Shown here: in pieces, positions 26,354-39,077 of the stretch
How positions within the stretch are numbered: position 1 is the first letter of the stretch
Layout of the letters: the number at the start of each line of letters is the position of its first letter
NCBI RefSeq assembly: GCF_020745735.1
Contig: NC_083405.1
Location: forward strand, 13,222,913 to 13,286,912
Direction of reading: 5' to 3'
Source of the DNA: Hemiscyllium ocellatum
Taxonomy: Eukaryota
DNA: 64,000 nucleotides
Translations under genes and position numbers: made by a program
Notes under the pieces: generated by a model
Told to the model about the DNA's origin: nothing
Seen by the model: the letters and a program-made list of their open reading frames with translations, nothing else
The model's database searches: none

Positions 26354-26494
26354 CCCATCACCTTGTATGTCTTGGCATTGCAAGTGCACATCTGAATACT
26401 TCTTCAATGATTTGAGAGCTTCTGTGTGCAATACCCTTCCGGCAGTGAATTCAGTTTCTCACCACCCTCTGGGTGAAAGCCTTTTTCCTTCATT

Positions 26495-29110
26495 ACACTG
26501 ACCATGAGTATAGGAGTTAGGACATCATGTTGAGGTTGTACAGGCCTCTTCTACAGGCCAATTCTGGTCTCCCTGTTATAGGAGGGGTATTGTTAAACTG
26601 TTCAGAAAATATTGACAAGGATGTTGCCAGGACTAGAGGGTTTGAGTTATATGGAAAGGAGCTTGAAGGTTGAGGGGTGACCTTACAGAGGTTTATAATA
26701 TAATAAGGAGCATATATAAGGTGAATGTCAGATGTCTTTTCCCTTGGGTGATAGACTTCAGGGCTTGTATATGAAGAGGAAGTGATTAGAGAGATATGGA
26801 ACAAGTACAGGTAAATGGGACTAGGGTAATTTAGGATATCTGGTCAGCATGGATGCGTTGGGCCGAAGGATCTGTTTCTGTGCTGTACATCTCTATTACT
26901 CGACGACATGGTTGAAATGTATAAAATAATGAGGGGTGTTCATAAGGTAGATAGTGAGGAAATCTTCCCCTTGGACTAGGGAGCTTATACCCCCCTAGAC
27001 TTCAGCACTAGGGGACATACTTTTAAAGTGAGAGGAGAAAGATTTAAAAGGGAAATGAGGGTCAGCTTTTCCTACACAGAGAGTGGTTCGTGAGGAATTA
27101 ATGGATGCGGGTATAGTTCCAATGTTAAAAGATATTTGGACAAACAGGAAAGTATTGAAGGGATATGGGCCAGGAGCAGGTGGTGGGACTAGTTTTGTTT
27201 GGGATTATGGTAAGCATGGACTTTGGGGGGAACCAAAAGGTCTGTTTCCATGCTGTATGACTTTATCACTGACATTCCCCGTAAGTCTCCTGCCCCTTAA
27301 CTTAAATATCTGCACTGCCTTCCAGTCTTTACAACATTTGTCTGAATTGGTTCCTCCATCAAGGGGAATATTTCCTTACAGTCTACCCAATCAACACCTC
27401 TCATTATTTTGTACATCTCAGTGATGTCATAGAGTCAAACAGATGTACAACACAGAAACAGATCCTTCAGCCCAACTCGCCCATGCCAACCAGATATCCA
27501 AAATCAACCTCGTCCCATTTACCACCACTTGGCCCTCTAATCCCTTGCAGTTCAAATTAAAAATCACCCAACACCAGGTTATAATCCAACAGGTTATTTG
27601 GAACCACTAGCTTTCCGAACACTGCTCCTTCATCAGGTGGTTGTGGAGTTTTCTGCTACCCCTCCCGATGCCTTTTATATGTTACTAGCCTTGTACTGGC
27701 CTGCACTTCCTCTTGCATACACGCACCGCCAGTTGCATGAAAACGTTGCCCCTTACGACCCTTGTAAGTCTTTCCCCCTCACCCTAAACCTATGCCCTCT
27801 AGTTCTGGACTCCCCCACCCTTGTCTATTTACCCTATCCATGCATCCATGATTTTATAAACTTCTAGAAGGTCACTCCTTAACCTTCGACACTCCAGAGA
27901 AGACAGCTCCAGCCTATTCAGCCTTTCCTGTTGTTCAAACCCTCCAACCCTGGCAACATCTTTGTAAATCTTTTCTGAACCCTTTCAAATTTCACAACAT
28001 TCTTTCTATAGGAATCAGAGCAGAATTGCACACAATACTCCAGAGGTGGCCTAACCAATGTCCTGTACAGCCACAACATGACCTCCAAACTCCTTTACTC
28101 AATGCTCTGACTAATAAGGGAAATCATAACAAATGCCTTCTTCACTATCCTATCTACCTGTGACTCCCCTCTCAATCTCTCTGGTCTAAGGAAAACGAAC
28201 CAATCTTTCCAGTCGCTCTTCATAACTGAAACTCTCCAGCTCAGACAACATCTTTCCAAGTCTTGCGTGCTAACATATCCCTCCTTAAATGTGGATTCCA
28301 GAAATGCAGACAACAAGCTAGCTGTCTCCTAGCCAATGTTTTTGATCGTTCTAACAGAACTTCCCAGCTCAAACTCTGTGCTTAACAAGGAAAGGCGAGT
28401 TTATCACCTGCCCTGGTGTTTAAGTGGCTGGAGGACATGCACAACAAGGTCCCTCTGATATTCAGCGCTTCCCAGGGCCCTATAGTTCATCATGTATTCC
28501 CTTAACCATGTTTGTCCTATGATCTAAGCCCATCTTCCTCACTGTTTGCCACCATAATAGTTTTCAAATCATCCGTGAACTCACTGATCAGTCCTCCAAC
28601 TTTCAAGTGAAAGTTATTTCTATCAACCTAGAAACTGCGAAGACCCAATACTGGCCTCTGCAAGATCCCACTGGGCACAAGCTTCCAGTTATAGAAGCAC
28701 ATCTCAACCATCACCATCTGCTTCCTACCACTCAGCCCATTGTGAATCCTTGCAACTCATGGGCTCTTGTCTTTGCCATCAGTGTCCCATGCAGCACCTT
28801 ATCAAAAGCCCCACTGAATTCCAAGTAGCCTCCATCAAATGCATTGCTGTCACCTACACATCTGATCACCTCTTTGATAAATTCAATCAGGTTGGTCAGA
28901 TATGACCTTCCTTTAATAAAACCACACCTACTGTCCTTGATTAACCCCTGCCTGCTTCAAGTGCAGATTCATTCTGTTCCTAAGTATTCATTCCAACAGT
29001 TTCCCCACTGTCAGACTGATTGGCCTGTAGTTTCCAGGTTTCTCCCTCCTTCCTTCTTGAAGACCTTGTCACATTCGTTGTTTCTAATTGAGGTCTGCAG
29101 CCAAGTGTTA
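26495..29110. mobile_element. Mosaic of CR1 3'/RT fragments (plus strand to ~27262, minus strand from ~27425)
   Basis: Repeated CR1 tails and ORF2 C-terminal motifs. Confidence 0.75.
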
Positions 29111-29531
29111 GGTCTCTTGTACAGCTTGAGGAAGGTAGAAAGGGACAGTGGTAGCGTCTTTACCTCTGAGCTAGGAGATTCAGTTTTGAGTCCCACCTGG
29201 CCCAGAGGAATATCGTACCATCACTGAACAGGTTGGTTGAGAAACTATCTCCAAGGTGTTTTCTCCTTTCCTGAAATGACTTAGTTAATCCTGAATAGAC
29301 ATTCCAACAACACCTCTGCACCTGAATGGCACTATCTCTTCTCAATCTAATTTTTCTTCCTTCTATCCGAACCTCTTTTGGGAGCTTTACAGCATTCACT
29401 TTACCCCTGGTAAGTGAGTTCTGCAGCTTTTAAACACTTTTACATTTGTGTCTTTGCCAGTTTTTTGAAAATCAAGGACCAATCAACCTGAAACAGCAGC
29501 AGGAATTTATCTTCTTAGATACACAATATAA

Positions 29532-29532
<1 letters not shown>

Positions 29533-29603
<71 letters not shown>
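29533..29603. repeat. (CA)n microsatellite, ~35 units
   Basis: Uninterrupted CA run. Confidence 0.99.
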
Positions 29604-29606
<3 letters not shown>

Positions 29607-30157
29607 AGGTTTTGATGGAGAGACGATTTCTTTGAGGAATGAACCCTGATCTCAGATGATGGCCTCTGCAGGGAGACAGACATCAACTGCAAATAACTTC
29701 TTGGATCTTCCTGTACATCGATTGCATTGGTCTGTTTGGGTGCCTGCTTTTCTAAACCGTGTCCAAGCAACAAATGATGATAGATTCATAACAGTTTTCC
29801 TCCAATCCATGTTTAAGGCATGTGTTTGTGTTATTTTTCACTGAGTGTTGATTTAATCTTCTAAAATGAGGAGAGGCTTCCATCTCAGATAACCACACCA
29901 GCGTGTACCATTCCACCTGCTGCACCCTGTACTGCCAGATAGTGCTCCCTCAGTATCTCAGAAAGCACCTCCTCTGTATGTTTATCCCCAAAGCACCTCA
30001 ACAGAACATTCATGCCCTCAACACCTCAGAAAACAAACCTGTTACCCCCTTGGACCGTGTTCATCCCCAAACATGTTCTCACTGTGGTGACCCTCAGCCA
30101 CCCCCAAGATTGGAGCCCAGGGCCCAGAACATTATTTGGGTCTCTGGATTGATTATA

Positions 30158-30402
30158 GAATGTGGAAGCAGGCCATTCGGCCTATCAGATTCACACTGAC
30201 CCTCGGCAGAGCATCCACTCTATCCCTGGATCCCTTCATTTCCTCTGGCTAATCCACCGAGCCTGCACATCTTTGGACAGTTGGAGGGAACTGAAGTACC
30301 CGGAGGCTGACACGGGGAGAATGTGCAAACTCCACACAGACAGTCGCCCGAGGCTGGAATTGTACCCGGGTGGGGTGAGGCAACAGAGCTAACCACAGAG
30401 CC
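30158..30402 (-). mobile_element. Older HE1-like SINE
   Basis: gacacggggagaatgtgcaaactccacacagacagtcgcccgagg core on the minus strand. Confidence 0.8.
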
Positions 30403-30848
30403 CCTGTGACAATCCCACTATCTCCTCCCCGTTGATGACCGTCTGATGTCTATACCCGGGGAGTTGTTTAAGAAAGTTTTTAAAGTTGTTTAAGAACTTG
30501 TCTAGCGGTTGTTTAAGAAAGATTAGGGAAAAGGGCAATGCCTCCATAAGCTCAAGATGCTTGGTCCCCCTCTAAAAAATATTAATATTAGTTTCAAACA
30601 GAGACTTTATTCACAAAAAAATATGTACAAACATAGTAACTAAAGTTCGGTCTTTACAACAAGTCTTTATGATGACATAAATACTTCTCTTGGCTGATTA
30701 ACTGAAATATTAGATCTGAGCTGTTCCTTCTTAATTAACATCATAAAGTTACATTGATAAGGATCTTTGTGAAGTACCGTAAATCTTTATCTGTTCCCCC
30801 ATGCACCCCCGTCCTCCGAATACAATGCCTTCCAAAGGCTTAAACCTG

Positions 30849-31022
30849 AGCTGAAAATGTGTTGCTGGAAAAGTGCAGCAGGTCAGGCAGCATCCAAGGA
30901 GCAGAAGGATTGACAGAAATGTCGATTCTCCTGCTCCTTGGATGCTGCCTGACCTGCTGCGCTTTTCCAGCAATACATTTTCAGCTCTGATCTCCAGCAT
31001 CTGCAGTACTCATTTTCTCCTA
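30849..31022. mobile_element. Fold-back PLE terminal-repeat insertion
   Basis: Inverted arms; TSD aaag(g/c)cttaaacctg at 30834-30848 and 31023-31037. Confidence 0.9.
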
Positions 31023-31959
31023 AAAGCCTTAAACCTGTTTGTCAACTTTTAACAGAAGCAAACTCAGGGCATGAACACAGACTGAATTGCTCAGTGACAC
31101 ATGATTGATTGGGTCAGATCAAATTCGCAAGCAAACACCCGCACAGATTGCTGGGGAAATTCAGCAGATCAGACAGCAATGGTGAACAGAAAGAGGAACA
31201 ATTCGCATTTCAAGTGACCCTTCCTCAAAACGGTCTGTTCTGAAGGAACTTTTCTGCAGAAATCACTGGATTGAAAGGTGAACTCTCTCTCTCTCCCTTC
31301 ACAGATGCTGCCGGACATGCTTAGCTTCTTCAGCAATCTCTGTATTGATGTTTCAGCGCGTCCGTACAAGTTGATTTTAGTGTTGAATTCCCAAGCTTGT
31401 TCTATTATAGGGATTGAATTCCTCTGCTACAAATTGGGGTGGGTGGGGGAGGGAGTGGGGGGGGGGAGGTTAGTTACCTGAGTTAACATTATTGGCTCAA
31501 TTTCTATCATGTCTGAAATTACCATGAAGGCCCCAACTTCTCAACCTCGCCCCTCACCTGAGGTGTGTGAACCACCAGGCCCCTCTCTCTGAAAAGACAG
31601 CAGCTCTCGGGTCCTCCTGGTCTATAATAACTTCCCAACTTTAAAAAGGCACTCCAGTAAGAGAGCTCTTTACATGGTTCAGGTCAAACTCCTGGACTTC
31701 CCTCCCTAACATCAACGTGGGACACCAAGGGCTATAGCAGGAGAATACAGCTCACCCCCACCTTCCAGGCAACTGGATGGTGTGGTAATCTCATGCAAGT
31801 GAAAATTGCAAGTAACTTTTATTACAAGGTCACGGTGGATGGTCACTAAGACTGTTTCTTTACCTCTGTTCAAATCAGCATAACGGAGAACCAAAGGGTG
31901 GGTTGAAAATGACAGTGATAGAATTTCATAGGTTGGTGTTTGTTTGAGGTTGCATCGTC

Positions 31960-32190
31960 TCTATGAATGTTTGAACACTTAATCAAGGGCATGCAGTTAG
32001 CTGCCAGAGGATATGTGGGGGCTGGTACAATTGCAACATTTAAAAGGCATCAGGATGAATTTGTGAATAGGAAGGGTTTAGAGGGATATCAGCCAAGTGC
32101 TAGCAAATGGAACTAAATTAAATTGGATATCTGGTTGGCATGAATAAGTTGGGCCGAAGGGTCTGTTTCCATGCTGTGCATCTCTCTGAA
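31960..32190 (+). mobile_element. CR1 3' end
   Basis: atttaaaaggcat..gggccgaagggtctgtttccatgctgt tail. Confidence 0.8.
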
Positions 32191-32307
32191 TAGACTGTTG
32201 CAGAGTTTCAGACAGGGCTTAGATTGTGTGTCTCTCTCATACTTTCTCAGAATCTGCAAACGCAATGTCTCCATATTTCCACAAAACATTAAGAAATAGA
32301 AAATAAA

Positions 32308-35300
32308 GGTCAGTTCTGAGGGAGTGCCACACTCTTGGAGGGTTAGTGATACGTTAGTGTTGCACTGTCAGAGGATCTGTACTGAAGAAAAGCTGCACTG
32401 TCGGATTATCAATACTGAAGGATTGCTGTACTGTCAGAGGGTCAGTTAGGATGGAGTGCTGCACTGTCAGAGGGTCAGTACTGAGGGAGTGCTGCACTGT
32501 CAAAGGGTCAGTTCGGATGGTGTGTTGCACTGTCAGAGGGTCAGCACTAAGGGAGTGCTGCACTGTCAGAGGGTCAGTGCTGAGGGAGTGCTGCACTGTC
32601 AGAATGTCAGTACTGAGGGAGTGCTGCACTGTCAGAGGGTCAGTACTGAGTGTGTGCTGCACTGTTAGAGGGTCAGTACCGAGGGAGTGCTGTACTGTCA
32701 GGGAGTCAGTGCTTAGGCAGTGCTGCACTGTGAGAGGGTCAGTATTGAGGGAGTATCGCACTGTCAGAGGGTCATTATGCAGTGAGCACTCCACTATCAG
32801 AGGGTCATTACTGAGGGAGTGCCACTCTGTGGAGAGTGAGTACTAAGTTAATGTTGCACAGTCGGAAGATCAGTATTGAGGCAAACCTGCACTGTCAGAG
32901 GATCAGTACTGGGGTGCGCAACACTGCCGGACAGTCAGTACTGAGGGAGTGCTGCACTGTCAAAGGATCAGAGCAAACTGAGCGCTGCACTGTTGCAAGG
33001 TCATTACTGTGGGAGCACAACACTACCAGAGCATAAGTACTGAGGGAGCACTACATTGTCAGAGGAACAGTATTGAGGGAATGCTACCCTGTCAGAGGTG
33101 CTGTAGTGAGGAAGTGCTGCATTGTCAGAGGGTCAGTACTGAGGGAGCACTTCATTATCAGAGGGTCAGTATTGAGGAAGCACTATTGAGGGAATGCCAC
33201 CCTGTCAGACGTTCTGTAGTGAGGGAGTGCAACACTGCCAAAGGGTCAGTACAGAGGGAGTGCAATACTGTCAAGGGTCAGTGCTGAGGAGGCGCTGCAC
33301 TCTCAGAGGGTCAGTACTGAGTGAGTGCTGCACTGTTAGAGGGTCAGTATGGATGGAATACCGCACTGTCGGAGTTTCATTACAGTACAGTGCCGCACTG
33401 TCAGAGGGTCAGTACTGAGGGAGCGCTGCACTGAAATGGGTGCAGGACCGAGGGATTGCTGCACTGTCAGAGTGGCAGCACAGAGGGAGTGCTAAACTAT
33501 CAGAGGATCAGTACTGAGGGAGTGCCGCACTGTTGGAAGGTCAGTCCTGAGGAAATGCTGCGCCGTGGGAGGACCAGTACAAAGGGAGTGCCGCACTGTG
33601 GAAGGTCAGTACTGAGTTAATATTGAACAGTCAGAGGGTCAGTACCGAGGGAGTGCTGCACTGTCAGAGGATCAGTACTGAGGGAGTGGCACACTGTCAG
33701 GGAGTGAGTAATGAGGGAGTGCCATACTGTTGGAGAGTCAGTACTGTGGGTGCATTGGAATGTCAGAGGGTCAGAATGGAGGGAATACCGCACTGTCAGA
33801 GTTTCATTACAGTGCAGTGCCACACTGTCAGAGGGGCAATACTGAGAGAGTGTCACACTGTCAGAGGAACAGTACTGAGAGAGTGTCAGACTGTCAGAGG
33901 GTCAGTTCTGAGGGAGTGTCAAACTGTCAGAGGGTCAGTACTGAGGGAGTGCTGCACTCTCGGAGGGTCAGAAATGAGGAAACCCACACTGTCAGAGTGT
34001 CAGCATAGACAGAGTGCTGCACTGTTAGAGGATCAGTACTGAGTGTGTGCTGCACTGTTAAAGGGTCAATACCGGGGGAGTGCAGCATTGTCAGAGGTTC
34101 AGTATCTGGGAATGCAGCCAATTAAAGTGTCAGTACTGAGGGAGTGCTGCATTGTCAGAGGGTCAGTACTGAGGAAGTGCTCATTCTCGGAGGGTCAGTA
34201 AGGAGGGAGTGCTGCACTCTTGGTCGGTCAGTAAGGAGGGAATGGCGCACTGTCAGAGCAAGAGCACTGTGAGAGGTCTGTACCGGGGGAGTGTCACACT
34301 GTCAAAGGTTCAGTCCTCAGGAAATGCCACACTATTAGAGGGTCAGTACTGAGAGAGTGCTGCACTATCAGAGGGTCAGTACAGAGGGAGTGCTGCACTG
34401 TCAGAGGGTCAGTACTGAGGGGGTGCTGCACTGTCAGAGGGCCAGTACTGAGGGCGTTCTGCACTGTCAGAATGTCAGTACTAAGGGAATGCCGCACTGT
34501 CGGAAGGACAGCACCGAGGGAGGTCCACATTGTCTGAGGGTCTTCACTGAATGAGTACTGCAATATCAGTGGGTCAGTACTCAGGGAAAGCTGCACTGTC
34601 AGAGGTTCTTTAATGGAAGAGTGCTGCACTATTAGCGGGTCAATACCAAGGGAGTGCTGCAATGTCAGAAGGTCAGTACTGACAGAGTGCTGCAACATGA
34701 GACGGTCAGTACTAAGGGAGCACTCCACTGTCAGAGGGTCTGTACTGAGGGAGCACTATACTGTGAGACAGTCAGTACCGAGGGAATGCTGCACTGTCAG
34801 AGGATCAGTACTGAGGGAGTGATGCACTGTCTGAGTGTCAGTCCCAGGGAAAGGCCACACTGTCAGAGGTCAGTAATGAGGGAGGACCGCACTGTCAGTG
34901 GGTCATTACTGAGTGAGTGCTGTACTGTCAAAGGGTCAGTACTGATTAGTGCTGTCCTGTCAGAGGGTCAGTCCTGTGGGAGTGCACACTGTCAGAGGGT
35001 CTGTACAAAACGAGCACTGCACTGTCAGAGGGTCAGTACTGAAAGAGTGTTACACTGTTAGGGAGTCAGTACTGAGGGAACGCCTCATTGTCAGAGGGAC
35101 AGTACTGAGAGAGCACTGCATTGACAGAGGAACAGTATTGAGGGAATACCAGATTCTGGATTAGTGGTGCTGGAAGAACACAGCAGTTCAGGCAACATCC
35201 AACGAGCAGCGAAATTTGGATGCTGCCTGAACTGCTGTGCTCTTCCAGCATCACTAATCCAGAATCTGGTTTCTAGCATCTGCAGTCATTGTTTTTACCA

Positions 35301-38300
35301 CCTTGAGGGAATGCTACCCTGTCAGAGGTTCTGTAGTGAGGAAGTTCTGCATTGTCAGAGGGTCAGTACTGCAGGAGTGCAGCAACATGAGAGGGTCAGT
35401 ACTAAGGGAGCACTCCACTGTCAGAGGGTCTGTACTGAGGGAGTGCTGCACTGTCAGAGGGTCAGTGCCAAAGGCACACCGCACTGTCGGAGGTTCAGAA
35501 CTGAGGGAGTGCTCACTCTGCGAGAGTAATAGTGAGGGAGCGCCACACTGTCAGCTGGTCAGTACTGAGGGAGGTCTGCACTGTCAGAGGGTCAGTACTG
35601 AGGTAATGCCGCACTGTCCGAAGTTCAGTCTGGAGGGAGTGCCGCACTGTCAGAGGCTCACTACCGAGGGACTGTTGGACTGTCAGAGGGTCGGTATGGA
35701 GAGAGTGCTGTGCTGTCAGATGATCAGTACTTTTGGCAGAGCTGCACTGTCGCAAGGTCTGTACCAAAGGAGTGTCACAATGTCACAGGATCAGTCCTGG
35801 GGGAGTGCCACACTGTCGGAGGGTCTGTACTGTTGGAGCGCTGTACTGTCAGAAGATCAGTACTGAGGGTGCACTATATTGTCAGAGGGTCAGTACTGAG
35901 GGAAAGCTGCACTGTCAAAGGAGCAGTACAAATAGATTGCTACACTGTCAGGGGGTCAGCACCAAATGAGCGCTGCAACGTGACAGGGTCAGTATTGAGA
36001 GAGTGCGGCGCTGTCAGAGGGTCTGGACTGAGGGAGTGCTATACTGTCAGAGGGTCAGTACTGAGGGAGTGCTGCACTGTCTGAGTGTCAGTCCCAGGGG
36101 AAGGCCACACTGTCAGAGCGTCAGTACCGCGCTGTCGGTGGGTCGGAAATGAGGGAGTATCGCATTGTCAGAGGATCAGTCCTGAGGGCGTGCTACACTG
36201 AGAGAGGGTCAGTACAAAACGAGCACTGCACTTTTGGAGGGTCATTACTCAGGGAGAACAACACCGTCACAGAGTCAGTGCTGAAGGAATGCTGCACTGT
36301 CAGAGGGTCAGTACTGAGGGAGCGCTGCACCGTCAAAGGTCAGTACTGAGGATGTGCTGCACTGTCAGAGGGTCAGTATTGAGATAGCGCTACACTGTCA
36401 GAGGGTCAGTACTGAGGGAGTGCTGCACTGTCAGAGGGTCAGCACTGAGATAGCGCTACACTGTCAGAGGGTCAGTGTTGAGGGAATGCTGCACTGTCAG
36501 AGGGTCAGTACTGAGGGAGTGCTGCACTGTCAGAGGGTCAGTACTGAGGGAGTGCTGCACTGTCAGAGGGTCAGCACTGAGATAGCGCTACACTGTCAGA
36601 GGGTCAGTGTTGAGGGAATGCTGCACTGTCAGAGGGTCAGTACTGAGGGAGTGCTGCACTGTCAGAGGGTCAGTACTGAGAGAGTGCTGCAATGTCAGAG
36701 GGTCAGTACTGAGGGAGTGCGGCACTGTCAGAGGGTCAGCACTGACGGTGTGCTGCATTGCCCAAGGGAGAGTACTGACGAAATGCCTCATTGTCGGAGG
36801 GAGTGCTGCACTATCAGAGGCTCAGTACTGAGGGAGTGTTAAACTGTCAGAGGGTCAGTCCTGAGGCAGCACCCTACTGTCAGTGGGTAAGTACTGAGGG
36901 AGTGTCGCACTGTCGGAGGGTTCGTACTGAAGGAGCACCACACTGTCAGAGGGTCGGTGCTGAGGGAATGCTGCATTGTGAGAGGGTCAGTACTAAGGGA
37001 GTGTCGCATTGTCTGAGGGTCAGTACTGAGGGAGAACTACACTGTGAGAGGGTCAGTACAGAGATTGTGCTGCACTGTCAGAGTGTCAGTACTGAGGGAA
37101 ACCTCACAGTCGGAGGGTCTTTACTAGAAGATTGCTGCACTGTCACATGGTCAGTACCGAGGGAGTACTGCAATGTCGAACAGTCAGTACTGAGGGATTC
37201 CTGCAACGTGAGAGTGTTAGTACTGAGGGAATGCTGCGCTGTTAGATGGTCAGTGCTGAGGGACCACTCCAATGTCAGAGATTTTGTACTGAGGGAGCGG
37301 TTTACTCTCAGAGGGTCAGTACTGAGGTAGTGCTGCATTGTTGGAGGGTCAGGACTGAGGCAGTGCTGCACTGTTGAAGGGTCAGTACTATGGAAGTGCT
37401 GCACTCTCGGAAGGTTAGTAGTGTGGGAGTGGGACACTGTCAGAGGGTCAGTATTGAGAGTGTGGCACACTATTGGAGAGTCAATACTCAGGGAGCACCA
37501 CGCAATCAAAGGGTCAGTACAGAGACAGTGCCTCAGTGTTGGACTGTCAGTACTGAGAGAGTTCCTCACTGTCAGAGGGTCAGTATGGGGCAGTGCCGCA
37601 TTGTCACTGACTTTCCAAAATGTGGCCACCCTTAGTACTGATCCTCTGACAGATTGCCACACACTCACTGCTGAGGGAGTGCCACACTTTTGGAAAGACA
37701 GTATTGAGGGAGTGGTGCACTGCCAGAGGGTCAGTACAAAGGATGTGCCGAACTATCGGAGGTGACTACTGAGGGAGCACTGCACTGTCAAAGGGTGAGA
37801 AGTGAGGGAATGCACACTGTCAGTGGGTCAGTACTGAGGGAGTACCGCATTGGCAGAGGATCAGTATTGAGGGAGTGTTACACTGTCAGTGGGTCAGTAC
37901 TGAGGAAGTGCTAAACTGTCAAAGGGTCAGTACAAAACGAGCACTGCACTGTTGAAGGGTCATTACTGAGGGAGAACAACACTGTCGTAGTGTCAGTGCT
38001 GAGGGAGTGCTGCACTGTCAGTGGGTCAGTATTGAGGGAGTGCTGCACTTCAGAAGGTCAGTACTGAGGGAGTGCTGCACTGTGAGAGGGTCAGCACAGA
38101 GGGAGTGCTGCACTGTCAGAGGGTCGTACAGAGGAAGTGCTACACTGTCGGAGGGTCATACGGAGGTCTGTACTGAGGGAGTGCTCCAGTGTCAGAGGTT
38201 AAGTCCTCAATGAATGCCACCTTGTCAGAGGATCAGTACTGAGGGAGCATTGCACCACCGACATACTGAGGGATTGCTACACTGCCGGAGTGATAGTACT

Positions 38301-39053
38301 GAGGGAGTACTGTACTGTCAAAGGTTCAGTACTGAGGGAGTGTTGCACTGTCAGAGGTGCAGGACAGAGGGAGTTGCCGCACTGTCAGTGTCAGTACTGA
38401 TGGAATGCCGCACTGTTGGAGTGTCAGCACTGAGGGATAGCTGCACTGTCAGGAATTTAGTACTGAGGGAGGGTCGCACTGTCAGGGATTTAGTACTGAG
38501 GGAGGGCCGCACTGTCAGGAATTTAGTACTGAGGGAGGGTCACACTGTCAGGAGTTTAGTTCTGAGGGAGGGCCACACTGTCGGAGGGACAGCACTCAGG
38601 TAGTGCAGCACTATCAAAGGGTCAGTACTGAGTGAGTGATGCACTATCAGAGGGTTAGTACTGTGGGTGTGTTGCAATGTCAGCAGTTTATTACTGAGGG
38701 AGTTCCACATTGTCAGAGGATCAATGGTGATTGAGCTCCACACTGTCAGTGGGTCTGTACTGAGGAAGTGCTGCACTGTCATAGGGTCAGTACTGAGTGA
38801 GCACAACTGTTTGAATTAGTCAGTACTGAGAAAGTGTCAGTACTGAGGGAGTGCCTCAATGTTGGAGGGTCAGTACTGCTGGAGCGCTGCACTGTCAGAA
38901 GATCAGGACTGAATGTGCGCTCCATTGTCAGAGGATCAGTATTGAGGGAGCGCTGCACTGTCAGAGGTTAGGACTGACAGAATGCACCAATGCCAGAGGG
39001 TCAGTACTGAGGGAACGCTGCAATGTCAGACAGTCAGTACTGAGGGAGTGCTG
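32308..39053. repeat. 33-bp minisatellite array (~200 units), consensus GTGCTGCACTGTCAGAGGGTCAGTACTGAGGGA
   Basis: Contiguous head-to-tail degenerate units; explains all the VLHCQRVSTEG / RECCTVRGSVL / TDPLTVQHSLS ORFs. Confidence 0.97.
35148..35302. mobile_element. Fold-back PLE terminal repeat inserted in the satellite
   Basis: accagattctggattagt..actaatccagaatctggt inverted arms; TSD ttgagggaat at 35138-35147 and 35303-35312. Confidence 0.9.
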
Positions 39054-39077
39054 TTGTCTAAGAGGATTATCTGGACT

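Noticed and set aside
32308-39053. CRISPR-like array
   Set aside because: The 33-bp units are contiguous with no unique spacers, there are no cas genes, and the context is eukaryotic.
32308-39053. RAG recombination-signal heptamers (CACTGTC/CACTGTG)
   Set aside because: No nonamer at 12 or 23 spacing and no V/J segments nearby.
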